Source: Candidatus Tepidifontimicrobium thermophilum (lineage in GTDB: Bacteria; Sysuimicrobiota; Sysuimicrobiia; Sysuimicrobiales; Sysuimicrobiaceae). Taken from it: a stretch of 64,000 nucleotides of DNA. The notes below the pieces were generated by a model. That model saw only the letters and a list, made by a program, of their open reading frames with translations, was not told the origin of the DNA and made no database searches. Positions 27,166 through 36,706 of the stretch are shown one piece after another; the stretch's first letter is position 1; each line of letters begins with the position of its first letter. The stretch is taken from NCBI GenBank assembly GCA_031459915.1, contig JAVKHO010000013.1:1-64000 (forward strand). The letters run 5' to 3'. A program made the translations under genes and the position numbers.

Positions 27166-28038
27166 CTACGCTTCCACCACCCAGAAGGCCGCGGACCACG
27201 CGCGGCCGGAGCTGCGGCCGAGGCACTCTGCCCGGACGAAGCCGTCCTGCGGAGCCGGTTCGTACTGGGCAAAGCCCCGGGCCACCTCCACCCTGAGCCG
27301 GCCGTGGCGGTCGTAGAAGCGCACGCGGGAGGCGTCGCTTTCCACCACCACGCAGCCGTCCCTAACGCCGAAGCGGGCCTGAGGGCCGGTGGTGGCGTAC
27401 ACCGCGCCGGCGCGGAAGGCCTCGCGCAGCGCCCGCTGGCTGACCTCCTCCGCCCGGACCACCACCCACGCCTTCCCGAACTGCCCGTCGTGGTGGAGGT
27501 CGTCGGAGGCCACGGGCGACACGGGGTGCGCGGGCCCGTGGCGCTGCACCACCTCCACCCACCGCCGCGTGTCCAGATCCGGGTCCGAGTGGGGGTTCCA
27601 GACCTCCACGAACCGTATCCCCCGCAGACGGCGCGCTCTGGAGCTAGTCCACCGCCCGGTCCACAGGTTCCCGGTCCACGAGGGGTGGTTCAACCCTGCC
27701 AGTCCGCCGTGGGCGGTGACCTCCTCCACCACCCGCTGCGCAACGCGGGCCCGGGGCAGCTCCCGCACCAACAGGCACCCCAGGTGCGGTCCCAGGGGCC
27801 GCACCGGACCGGGGAGGGTGAGTTCCACCCCCTGAACCACGCAGAACTCCCCGTCCGAAAGGCCGGAGGTGTCCGTCACCACGTCGTGGTCGGTGACCGC
27901 GAGGAAGCTGAACCCCGCGGCGCGGTAGCGCTCCGCCACGGCCTCCGGCGGGTGGCGGCCGTCGGACCGGGTGGTGTGGACGTGCAGCTGCGCCTTCCGG
28001 TCCTGTCCGGGGACCGCGTACGGGTCCAGCACGCGCAT
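27166..28038 (-). CDS. PHP-domain metallohydrolase (CehA/McbA-like)
   Basis: HVHTTRSDG, TDHD, GVE, NHP and SDDLH metal-ligand motifs. Confidence 0.82.
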   Translation of the reverse strand: MRVLDPYAVPGQDRKAQLHVHTTRSDGRHPPEAVAERYRAAGFSFLAVTDHDVVTDTSGLSDGEFCVVQGVELTLPGPVRPLGPHLGCLLVRELPRARVAQRVVEEVTAHGGLAGLNHPSWTGNLWTGRWTSSRARRLRGIRFVEVWNPHSDPDLDTRRWVEVVQRHGPAHPVSPVASDDLHHDGQFGKAWVVVRAEEVSQRALREAFRAGAVYATTGPQARFGVRDGCVVVESDASRVRFYDRHGRLRVEVARGFAQYEPAPQDGFVRAECLGRSSGRAWSAAFWVVEA

Positions 28039-28101
28039 GGTCCTTCTCATTGTGCGGGAACGCGGCCAGGGTGGGGTAGAATGGCGGCGGAGGAGCGTCG
28101 C

Positions 28102-28791
28102 GTGCGGGTCCGGCTGAGGCTGTTCGCGGTTTACCGGGAGGCCGTGGGCTCTCCCACCGTGGAGCTGGAGCTGGACGGCTCGCCCACCTGCCGCGACGCG
28201 TGGGATCACCTGCTCGCTGCGCACCCGTCCCTGGCCAGGCTGCCTTCCCCGAGGTTCGCCGTGGGCGACCGGTACGTGCAGCCCGACCACCCCCTCCGTG
28301 ACGGAGACGAGCTCACCCCCATCCCTCCTGTCAGCGGCGGCGCGACCCACGTGGCGGTGGTGCAGGAGCCCATCCGGACCGACCAGCTGCTGGCGCGGGT
28401 CCAGCACCCCCACGCGGGCGCGGTGGTCCTGTTCCTGGGCACCGTGCGCGACAACCCGGAGGGTCCCCGGGTCCTGCACCTGGACTACGAGGCGTACGAG
28501 CGCCTCGCGGTGGCGGAGATGCAACGTATCGCCCGGGAGGTCACCGACCGCTGGCCCGTGGTGGCCGTGGCCATGGAGCACCGGGTGGGCCGGCTGGAGG
28601 TGGGAGAGGTCAGCGTGGCGGTAGCCGTCTCCGCGCCACACCGCAGGGAGGCGTTCGAGGCCGGGCGGTACGCCATCGACACCCTCAAGGTCCGGGTCCC
28701 CATCTGGAAGAAGGAGGTGTGGGAGGGCGGAGCGCGCTGGGTGGGGTCCGAGGCCGTGGAAGGAGAAACTCCCACAGACCGCGTACTGTAG
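28102..28791 (+). CDS. moaE: MoaD-MoaE fusion (molybdopterin synthase, MoaX-like)
   Basis: MoaD domain (LFAVYREAVG...PPVSGG) fused to MoaE (GAVVLFLGTVR, YEAY, HRVG, VPIWKKE). Start chosen from the GGAGGAG RBS; an alternative ATG is at 28081. Confidence 0.9.
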   Translation: MRVRLRLFAVYREAVGSPTVELELDGSPTCRDAWDHLLAAHPSLARLPSPRFAVGDRYVQPDHPLRDGDELTPIPPVSGGATHVAVVQEPIRTDQLLARVQHPHAGAVVLFLGTVRDNPEGPRVLHLDYEAYERLAVAEMQRIAREVTDRWPVVAVAMEHRVGRLEVGEVSVAVAVSAPHRREAFEAGRYAIDTLKVRVPIWKKEVWEGGARWVGSEAVEGETPTDRVL

Positions 28792-28798
28792 GCCCACG

Positions 28799-29617
28799 AT
28801 GGGGGCTGGGGTCCCACTGGTGGACGTCGTCCTGAGCGTGCGCGGGCTCACCCTGCGGTTCGCCGGGGTGCTGGCGGTCTGGGACGTGTCCTTCTCCCTG
28901 CACGCGGGTGAGCTGTTGGGGATCATCGGACCCAACGGCGCGGGCAAGACCAGCGTCCTGAACTGCATCAACGGGTTCTACCGCCCCCAGGCCGGGCGGA
29001 TTTCTTTTTTAGGGCGGGACATCACCCACCTACCGCCGCACACCCGGGCGCACCTGGGAATTTCCCGCACCTTCCAGAACATCGCCCTGTACCCGCACAT
29101 GACGGTCCTCCAGAACATCCTTTCGGGACGGCTGGCGCACATGCACAGCTCGCTGCTGAGCTGCGGGGTGTACTGGGGGTTCGCGCAGCGCGAGGTCCTG
29201 CAGCACCGCCAGCGGGTGGAGGAGATCATCGACTTCCTGGAGATCGAGCCGTACCGCGACCAACGGGTGGCAGAGCTGCCCTACGGGATCCAGAAGAAGG
29301 TAGAGCTCGGCCGCGCCCTCGCCATGGAGCCGCGCCTGCTCCTGCTGGACGAGCCCATGGCGGGCATGACGGTGGACGAGAAGGCGGACATGGCCCGGTA
29401 CATCCTGGAGCTCCGCGAGGTGCACGGCCTGCCCATGATCCTCATCGAGCACGACATGGGTGTGGTCATGGACCTGTGCGACCGGATCCTCGCCATGGAC
29501 TACGGCCGCAAGATCGCGGAGGGCCCGCCGGAGGAGATCCAGAACCACCCCGACGTGATCCGCGCGTACCTGGGTGAGGAGCACGGGGTGGCGGAGGGGG
29601 TGGCAGGCGGCGCATGA
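28799..29617 (+). CDS. ABC transporter ATP-binding protein (LivG-like)
   Basis: GPNGAGKT, RTFQN, LPYG, LLDEP, IEHDM. Start uncertain. Confidence 0.92.
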   Translation: MGAGVPLVDVVLSVRGLTLRFAGVLAVWDVSFSLHAGELLGIIGPNGAGKTSVLNCINGFYRPQAGRISFLGRDITHLPPHTRAHLGISRTFQNIALYPHMTVLQNILSGRLAHMHSSLLSCGVYWGFAQREVLQHRQRVEEIIDFLEIEPYRDQRVAELPYGIQKKVELGRALAMEPRLLLLDEPMAGMTVDEKADMARYILELREVHGLPMILIEHDMGVVMDLCDRILAMDYGRKIAEGPPEEIQNHPDVIRAYLGEEHGVAEGVAGGA

Positions 29618-31587
29618 GCAGCCAGAGGGTCCTGGAACGCCCCGCGGAGGCGCTGTCCCCGGAGGAGGTCCGGGAGTCCCTGCGCGCGCTGGACACCTTC
29701 CCCAAGCGGCTGGTGCACAACGCGGAGCGGTTCGGCGACCGGGTGGCCTTCCGGGAGAAGGAGTTCGGCATCTGGCAGGAGATCACGTGGCGGCAGTACC
29801 TGGACCACGTGCGGGCGTGCGCGGGGGGCCTGCTGGCCCTGGGGATGCGGCGGGGCGACGTGGTGGCCCTCATCGGCGACAACCGCCCCGAGCTGTACTA
29901 CGTCGCGATGGCCACCCAGGCCCTCGGCGGGGTGTCCTGCGGCATGTACCAGGACACCCTGGCGGACCAGCTGGCCCAACTGCTGGACTTTGCCGACGCC
30001 CGGTTCGTGTTCTGCGAGGACCAGGAGCAGACGGACAAACTCCTGAGCATGGAGGACCGCCTGCCCAAGGTGGAGCGGGTGATCGTGGACGACTGGCGCG
30101 GGATGTGGCGGTACCAGCACCCCAAGCTCCTGCGGTTCTCCGACCTGGAGAGCCTGGGACGGGAGTTCCTGAGCCGGCAGCCGGACCGGTTCCTGCAGGA
30201 GGTGGCCCGGGGACGCGGGGACGACGTGGCCATCTTCTGCCTGACCTCAGGGACCACGTCGCTACCGAAGCTGGCCATGCTGTCCCACCGCAACCTCCTC
30301 GCCCAGGGCGAGAACTTCCTGGCGGTGGAGCCCCACGTGACGGAGCGGGACGAGTTCGTGAGCTTCCTGCCCTTCGCGTGGATCGGGGAGCAGATGATCT
30401 CCTTCACCCTGCACCAGCTGGTGGGGTTCACCGTGAACTTCCCTGAGGAGCCGGAGACCGCCCAGCGGGACCTGCGGGAGATCGGGCCCCACTTCATGTT
30501 CGCCCCCGCCCGCATCTACGAGGGGATCCACTCCGCGGTCACCGTGCGGATGCTGGACGCGGGGCCGGTCCGCCGGCGGATCTACGACGCCGCCATGGCC
30601 GTGGCAGGCCGCCGGGTGGACGTGGAGGCCGCAGGCCGGCCGCTGCCCCCCTGGCTACGCCTGCTGTGGAGGCTGTGCTACTGGACGGTGTACCGACCCC
30701 TCCTGGACAAGGTGGGGCTGGTCCACATGCGGGTGGCGTGGAACGGAGGAGCCTCCCTGGGCCCGGACTACTTCCGGTTCTTCCGGGGCCTGGGGTTGAA
30801 CCTCAAGCAGATCTACGGGCAGACGGAGATCGCGGGGATCTCCTGCGTGCACCGGGACGGGCAGGTGCGGTTCTGGACCATGGGCGCCCCCATCGCGAAC
30901 ACCGAGATCCGCATCACCGACCAGCAGGAGATCGTCAGCCGCAGCCCGTCGGTGTTCCTGGGATACTACAAGAACCCCGAGGCCACCCGGGAAGCCCTGC
31001 GGGACGGGTGGCTGTACTCCGGCGACACGGGGGTCCTGGACCCCAGCGGCGACATCATCCTGTTCGACCGCAGCGGCGACATCATCACCCTGCAGGACGG
31101 GACTCGGATCCCGCCCCGGGTGATCGAGGACATGCTGAAGTTCACCCCGTACGTGCAGCAGGCCATGGTCCTCGGTGAGGGCCGACCGTATTTGACCGCC
31201 ATCCTGAACATCGACTTCCAGAACGTGGGCAAGTGGGCGGAGGACCGTGGGGTGGCGTACACGTCCTACATGGACCTGTCTCAGAAGCCGGAGGTCCTGG
31301 AGCTGCTGGAGAAGCTGGTACGGGAGACCAACGCCCGCCTGCAGCCCGGCTGGCGGGTGCGCGCCTTCGTGTCCCTCTACAAGGAGTTCCACCCCGACGA
31401 CGACGAGCTCACCCGGACCCGCAAGCTCCGCCGCCGCCACATCCTCGAGCGCTACCGCGAGCTGGTGGAGGCGGTGTACGCGGGCGCGGAGCGGTTCCAG
31501 GCCACGGTGACGGTTCGGTACGAGGACGGCCGCGTGGCCACCCTCCACCCCGTGATGGAGATCCGGCGGCTGGAGGCGGACGGGTGA
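29614..31587 (+). CDS. Long-chain fatty acid--CoA ligase (AMP-binding)
   Basis: TSGTTSLPK, YGQTE, GWLYSGD, ELTRTRKLRR. Confidence 0.88.
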   Translation: MSSQRVLERPAEALSPEEVRESLRALDTFPKRLVHNAERFGDRVAFREKEFGIWQEITWRQYLDHVRACAGGLLALGMRRGDVVALIGDNRPELYYVAMATQALGGVSCGMYQDTLADQLAQLLDFADARFVFCEDQEQTDKLLSMEDRLPKVERVIVDDWRGMWRYQHPKLLRFSDLESLGREFLSRQPDRFLQEVARGRGDDVAIFCLTSGTTSLPKLAMLSHRNLLAQGENFLAVEPHVTERDEFVSFLPFAWIGEQMISFTLHQLVGFTVNFPEEPETAQRDLREIGPHFMFAPARIYEGIHSAVTVRMLDAGPVRRRIYDAAMAVAGRRVDVEAAGRPLPPWLRLLWRLCYWTVYRPLLDKVGLVHMRVAWNGGASLGPDYFRFFRGLGLNLKQIYGQTEIAGISCVHRDGQVRFWTMGAPIANTEIRITDQQEIVSRSPSVFLGYYKNPEATREALRDGWLYSGDTGVLDPSGDIILFDRSGDIITLQDGTRIPPRVIEDMLKFTPYVQQAMVLGEGRPYLTAILNIDFQNVGKWAEDRGVAYTSYMDLSQKPEVLELLEKLVRETNARLQPGWRVRAFVSLYKEFHPDDDELTRTRKLRRRHILERYRELVEAVYAGAERFQATVTVRYEDGRVATLHPVMEIRRLEADG

Positions 31588-32507
31588 CCTACCAGTTCGT
31601 CCTGGAAGGGGTGGTGGTGGGCCTGGCGGTGGGGTCCATCTACGCCCTCATCGCGGTGGGGTTCACCGTCCTGTACAAGTCCACCAAGATCCTCAACCTC
31701 GCCCACGGGGAGCTGGTGCTGTTCGGCGGCTACCTCGCCATCGCGGTGACGTCCGCGGCCGGTTTCCTGCCCGTCCCCACCGCCTTCGCTGTAGGGGTGG
31801 CGGTCACCCTGCTGGCGGCCGCGGCTTTGGGCTTCGCGGTGGAGCGGGCGGTGATGCGGCCCCTGTTTGGCCAGCCCCTCCTCTCTGTGATCATCGTCAC
31901 CCTGGCCCTGGGGTACGTGATCCGCGGGGTCATGGTCGGGATCTGGAGCGGGGAGACCCGCACCTTCCCGCCCGTCGTCCCGGCCGCGGTGGTCCGGGTG
32001 GCAGGGGTCCCTGTGTCCCTGGTGGGCGTGTGGAGCGCGGCGGCCGCCGCCCTGCTGCTGGTCCTCTTCGGTCTGTTCTTCCGCTACACGCGGTGGGGGA
32101 TCGCCATGCGGGCCGCGGCCAACGAACAGCTCACGGCCTCCACCCTGGGGGTGAGCCTGAAGCGGGTGTTCGCGTACGCCTGGGCCTTCGCCGCGGTGGC
32201 GGGCGCCGTGGGCGGGATCCTCCTCGGGCTGTGGCTGGGGGTGAACTTCGCCCTGGCCGCGGTGGGGCTGAAGGCCCTGGCGGCGGTGATCCTGGGCGGC
32301 CTGGACAGCATCCCCGGGGCCATCCTGGGGGGGCTGTTGGTGGGCGTGGTGGAGACGGTGCTGGGCGGGTACATCGACGCCCACGTGAAGCTGTGGGGCC
32401 AGCCCCTGCACGGTTTCAAGGAGGTGACGGCCTACCTGGTGATCCTGCTGGCCCTGATGGTGCGGCCCTACGGCCTGTTCGGCACCGAGCACATCGAGCG
32501 GCTGTAA
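31584..32507 (+). CDS. Branched-chain amino acid-type ABC permease (LivH-like)
   Basis: GSIYALIA, NLAHGE, GIAMRA, RPYGLFG. Confidence 0.92.
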   Translation: MTYQFVLEGVVVGLAVGSIYALIAVGFTVLYKSTKILNLAHGELVLFGGYLAIAVTSAAGFLPVPTAFAVGVAVTLLAAAALGFAVERAVMRPLFGQPLLSVIIVTLALGYVIRGVMVGIWSGETRTFPPVVPAAVVRVAGVPVSLVGVWSAAAAALLLVLFGLFFRYTRWGIAMRAAANEQLTASTLGVSLKRVFAYAWAFAAVAGAVGGILLGLWLGVNFALAAVGLKALAAVILGGLDSIPGAILGGLLVGVVETVLGGYIDAHVKLWGQPLHGFKEVTAYLVILLALMVRPYGLFGTEHIERL

Positions 32508-32516
32508 GGGGGGACC

Positions 32517-33560
32517 GTGGCGTACGCGCGGCCGTGCGGGGACTTCAAGACCTCCTACGCGCAGGACATGGCCCTGCTGGACATCCGCCTGTACCGGTGG
32601 GGCTTCGCCGTGCTGCTGGTGGCGCTGGCCCTGGCCCCCTGGGCCCTCGGCCGGTGGATCTACCTCCTCAACGACATCGCCATCTTCGCCATCGGGGCCA
32701 CGGGGCTGTCCCTGGTGATGGGGTTTGCGGGACAGATCTCCCTGGGCCACGCGGCCTTCATGGCGGTGGGCGCGTACACGTCGTGGTTCGTCACCAGCCA
32801 GCTGCGCCTGCCCTTCGCGATCGCCCTCCCCCTGAGCGCCCTCGTGGCCTTCGCGGTGGGCGCGGTGGTGGGGCTGCCCTCCCTGCGGATCAAGGGGCTG
32901 TACCTGGCCATCGCCACCCTCGCCTTCCAGTTCCTGGTGGAGTACCTGGTCGTGCAGACCGTGAGCGGCATGGGCGGCACGCCCGTCCCGTCCATGGACC
33001 TGCTCGGAGTGCCCGTGAACACGGAGGTGCGCTTCTGGTACCTGGTGGCCACCGTCTGGGTGCTGGGCGCGGTGTTCGCCACCAACCTGACCCGCACCCG
33101 CGTAGGGCTGGCCCTCATGGCGGTCCGGGACCGCGACTACGCTGCCCAGGTCCTGGGGGTCAACCTCCTGTACTACAAGACCCTGGCCTTCGCCCTGGGG
33201 GCCGCCTACGCAGGGGTAGCGGGCAGCCTCTTTGCACACTACAACCGGGTGATCGGCGCCGAGCACTTCAGCCTGGCCCAGTCCATCGACTTCGTGGCGA
33301 TGCTGGTCATCGGCGGGCTGGGAAGCGTGTGGGGCCCGCACCTGGGCGCGGCCTTCGTGCGGGTGCTCACTCAGCTGCTGAAGATGTGGGCGCCCGCGCT
33401 GGGGGCCCTGCTGCCAGTGCTGGGCCGGGCCACCACCTCGGTCCACGACATCGTGTTCGGGGTCGTCCTGATCGCCTTCCTCATCTGGGAGCCCGGGGGG
33501 CTTGCGACCCTGCTCCGGAAGCTCAAGCGCTACGTGGACCTGTGGCCCTTCCCCCACTAG
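32517..33560 (+). CDS. Branched-chain amino acid-type ABC permease (LivM-like)
   Basis: GQISLGHAAF, GLYLAIATLAF, IGGLGS. Confidence 0.92.
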   Translation: MAYARPCGDFKTSYAQDMALLDIRLYRWGFAVLLVALALAPWALGRWIYLLNDIAIFAIGATGLSLVMGFAGQISLGHAAFMAVGAYTSWFVTSQLRLPFAIALPLSALVAFAVGAVVGLPSLRIKGLYLAIATLAFQFLVEYLVVQTVSGMGGTPVPSMDLLGVPVNTEVRFWYLVATVWVLGAVFATNLTRTRVGLALMAVRDRDYAAQVLGVNLLYYKTLAFALGAAYAGVAGSLFAHYNRVIGAEHFSLAQSIDFVAMLVIGGLGSVWGPHLGAAFVRVLTQLLKMWAPALGALLPVLGRATTSVHDIVFGVVLIAFLIWEPGGLATLLRKLKRYVDLWPFPH

Positions 33561-34342
33561 GCCAGCCAGCGCTTGCGGCGCTTGTAGCTCTTCACCTCCG
33601 TGAACCGCCGGCGGCCGGACTTGGTCATCCCCAGGTAGAACTCCCGCACGTCCGCGTCCTCCCGCAGCCGGTCCGCGGGCCCGTCCAGCACGATCTTCCC
33701 GTTCTCCATCACGTACCCGTAGCTGGCCAGCTGCAGCGCCATCCGTGCGTTCTGCTCCACCAGGAGCACCGTGATCCCCTGCTCCTGGTTGAGCCGGCGG
33801 ACCAGGCGGAAGATCTCGCCGGCCACCACGGGCGCAAGGCCCAGGCTGGGCTCGTCCAGGAGCAGCAGCTTGGGCCGGGCCATCAGGGCGCACCCGATGG
33901 CCAGCATCTGCTGCTCTCCCCCGGACAGGTACCCGGCCCGGACCCTGCGCCGCTCCCGAAGGCGCGGGAAGTACGTGTACACCAGGTCGAGGGCCTCTCG
34001 GGTGCCCCGGGGGTTCAGGGTGGTCCCCACCAGGAGGTTCTCCTCCGCGGTGAGCTCCTCGAACAGGCGCCTTCCCTCCCGCACCATCACCACGCCCAGG
34101 CGGCCTACCTCCTCCGGCAGCCAGTTCTCGATCCGGTGGCCCGCAAACTCCACAGACCCCCGGGTCACCTCCCCGCGCTCCAGGCGCACGAGGCCCGTGA
34201 TGGCCTTCAGGGTGGTCGTCTTGCCCGCCCCGTTGGCCCCGATGAGGGCGGTGATGCTGCCGGGCGCTACCTGCAGAGAGACGCCCTTCAGCACCAGGAT
34301 GGTGTTCCAGAAGACGACCTCAACGTTGTTGACGACCAGCAC
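33557..34342 (-). CDS. ABC transporter ATP-binding protein (LivF-like)
   Basis: GANGAGKTT, LSGGEQQM, LLDEPSLGLAP, VEQNA. Confidence 0.93.
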   Translation of the reverse strand: MLVVNNVEVVFWNTILVLKGVSLQVAPGSITALIGANGAGKTTTLKAITGLVRLERGEVTRGSVEFAGHRIENWLPEEVGRLGVVMVREGRRLFEELTAEENLLVGTTLNPRGTREALDLVYTYFPRLRERRRVRAGYLSGGEQQMLAIGCALMARPKLLLLDEPSLGLAPVVAGEIFRLVRRLNQEQGITVLLVEQNARMALQLASYGYVMENGKIVLDGPADRLREDADVREFYLGMTKSGRRRFTEVKSYKRRKRWLA

Positions 34343-34343
34343 C

Positions 34344-35603
34344 CTACCAGCCCAGCCAGTCCTTCCGCCGCTCCACCGTGACCGTCTCCACCGGCCGGAT
34401 CCGGCCGCCGCGGATCTGCATGATGCGCGTGGTGGTGGACGGCCGGTGGTCGTCCCGGGTCAGGGTGATGGGCGGGGCCAGGCCCTCCGGATCCCAGTTC
34501 CGGATGAGCTCCAGCGTGGCCCGGATGGAGGCGCCCGTCAGGCCGAGGCGCGCGTACGTGGACCAGTTGTCCACCACCGTCTCCAGGGCCCGGCGCAGCA
34601 GGTACACGTTCAACCACCCTCGGACGTACGAGGCGATGTAGGGAGCGTCCACGGTACCCCACTCGAACTTCGGGACCTCCTTGCCCTGGAACCGGCGGTA
34701 CGCGTCGAAGATGGTCCGCATCCCGGGCACCGGCTCGCCGTAGTACGCGTGCGGGGTACTCCCGTATACCCCGTCCGCCGCCGCGCCGATGCGCTTGATC
34801 ATGCTCTCGTCGAAGCCCCACACGTTCACGAACCACCTCGCCTTGGCGCCCACCTGCTTGGCGTCCCGCACCGTCACCGACGCGGAGCTGGTGGTCCCGC
34901 CGAACCACGCGAAGTCCGCCCCCTGGTCCCGGATGGCGGTCACCTGGGACCGCGCCTCCAGGGCGGTGAGGGCCACGATCTGGTCGGGCAGCACCTCAAA
35001 CCCCAGCTCCTGCGCGTACGCCTTGCCCGCGGGGATCGGAGCCCGCCCGTACGGGTGGTCCGGGTACACGAACACGATCTTGGGCCGGGCGATCCCCTCT
35101 TTCCGGGCCAGGTCCCGGGCGAACTTGACCACCGCGCGGATCTGGTCGGAGTAGCTGGAGACCGGGTAGAAGTTGTAGGGCGTCTTCGACGGGTCGTTCA
35201 GGTGCGAGGAGTACGAAGCGGAGATGAAGGGGATCTGGTCCGCGGCCACCTGCTCCTTCAGGGCCTCGGTGTCGTTGGTCCCCCAGCCGACAATGGCCAC
35301 CACCCGGTCCACGTCCCGGTACTTGCGGTACAGGGACAGGCTCTCGGGGATCCGGTACGCGTAGTCGGCCCACACCAGGTCGATCTTCACCTTGCCCCGG
35401 ATCCCTCCCAGCACCTCGTTGATGTAGCGCACGTGGTCCAGGACCCCTTTGGAGTAGTCCACCCCCACGTCTGAGGTGGGGCCCGTGAGGTCGAACAAGG
35501 CCCCCACCTTGATGCTGGACGGCAGGGGCGCCTGCGCCACCGTGGGAGACGCCAAGGCGAGTGCCACCAACACGACTCCGGGGACCAGCCACCACCCCCG
35601 CAT
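34344..35603 (-). CDS. ABC substrate-binding protein (LivJ/PBP1 type)
   Basis: Signal peptide, IKVGALFDLTGP, INEVLGGI. Confidence 0.88.
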   Translation of the reverse strand: MRGWWLVPGVVLVALALASPTVAQAPLPSSIKVGALFDLTGPTSDVGVDYSKGVLDHVRYINEVLGGIRGKVKIDLVWADYAYRIPESLSLYRKYRDVDRVVAIVGWGTNDTEALKEQVAADQIPFISASYSSHLNDPSKTPYNFYPVSSYSDQIRAVVKFARDLARKEGIARPKIVFVYPDHPYGRAPIPAGKAYAQELGFEVLPDQIVALTALEARSQVTAIRDQGADFAWFGGTTSSASVTVRDAKQVGAKARWFVNVWGFDESMIKRIGAAADGVYGSTPHAYYGEPVPGMRTIFDAYRRFQGKEVPKFEWGTVDAPYIASYVRGWLNVYLLRRALETVVDNWSTYARLGLTGASIRATLELIRNWDPEGLAPPITLTRDDHRPSTTTRIMQIRGGRIRPVETVTVERRKDWLGW

Positions 35604-35673
35604 GCTCCGACCCCCTTTCGCTTTTTGCTCGCGGCGGTTTATTCTGCGGCCCGGGTGGCCGCTCCTGCCACCT

Positions 35674-36702
35674 TTACGGAACGAGGACCACCTTTCCGAA
35701 GTGCTGGCCTGCCTCCAGGTAGGAGTGGGCCTCCCGCACCTCTGACAGAGGGAACACCCGGTCCACCACAGGCCGCAGGACCCCGCGCTCCACCAGGGGC
35801 AGCAGGTCAAACAGCTCGCCCTTGCTGCCCACCCACGTCCCGTGCACGCTCACCGCCCGGCCGAACAGATACCGCACGTCGGTCTGGACCAGCGGTCCGG
35901 AGGTGGCCCCGCAGGTCACCAGGCGTCCGCCTCGCGCCAGGGCCTTCACGCTGACGTCCCACGTGGCCTGGCCCACGTGTTCGAAGACCACGTCGACCCC
36001 GCGGCGGCCGGTGAGCCGGCGGACCTCTGCCAGGACGTCCTGCGTCCGGTGGTTGACCGTCTCGTCCGCCCCCAGCTGCCGCGCGCGTTCCAGCTTCCAG
36101 TCGTCACCAGCTACCGCGATGACCCGGGCCTGGAAGGCCTTGGCGATCTGGATGGCCGCGCTGCCCACCCCGCTGCCGGCGCCCCAGACCAGCACTTCCT
36201 CCCCGGGCCGGAGCCGCGCGTGGGTCACCAGCATGTTCCACGCGGTGAGGAACACCAGCGGGAACGCTGCCGCCTCCTCGAAGCTCAGGTTGGCCGGCTT
36301 GCGGACCAGGTTCGCCTCGGGGACCAGCACGAACTCCGCGTCGGTCCCGTCCCGGTGCTCGCCCAGCAGGCCGTACTCCCGGCACAGGTTGTCCCGGCCC
36401 CGCAGGCACGCGGCGCAGACCCCGCACGAGACCCCGGGGTTCAGAACCACCTCGTCGCCCGGCTTTGCGGACTTCACCCCGGGCCCCACAGCGTCCACCA
36501 CGCCCGCGCCGTCGGAACCGAGGGTGAGGGGCAGGGGGAAACTTACTCCGGGGATTCCCTTGCGCACCCACAGGTCCAGGTGGTTCATGGCCGCGGCCCG
36601 GACCCTCACGCGCACCTGCCCGGGCCCGGGCTCAGGCGTCGGGAGCTCCTCCAGCCGTAGGACCCCCGGACCGCCGTGCTCGTAAACCCGGACCGCCTGC
36701 AT
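35674..36702 (-). CDS. Zinc-binding dehydrogenase / quinone oxidoreductase (MDR family)
   Basis: GSDGAG, structural Zn CxxCxxC..C, GAGSGVG, FGKVVL. Confidence 0.9.
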   Translation of the reverse strand: MQAVRVYEHGGPGVLRLEELPTPEPGPGQVRVRVRAAAMNHLDLWVRKGIPGVSFPLPLTLGSDGAGVVDAVGPGVKSAKPGDEVVLNPGVSCGVCAACLRGRDNLCREYGLLGEHRDGTDAEFVLVPEANLVRKPANLSFEEAAAFPLVFLTAWNMLVTHARLRPGEEVLVWGAGSGVGSAAIQIAKAFQARVIAVAGDDWKLERARQLGADETVNHRTQDVLAEVRRLTGRRGVDVVFEHVGQATWDVSVKALARGGRLVTCGATSGPLVQTDVRYLFGRAVSVHGTWVGSKGELFDLLPLVERGVLRPVVDRVFPLSEVREAHSYLEAGQHFGKVVLVP

Positions 36703-36706
36703 GGCC

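Noticed and set aside
28081..28101. ATG 28081 as the start of the MoaD-MoaE fusion
   Set aside because: It overlaps a TAGAAT -10-like box; GTG 28102 has a good RBS and matches typical MoaD N-termini.
31044..31086. 16-nt direct repeat cagcggcgacatcatc
   Set aside because: Only two copies, in frame inside the acyl-CoA ligase (SGDII twice); not CRISPR-like or a mobile-element end.
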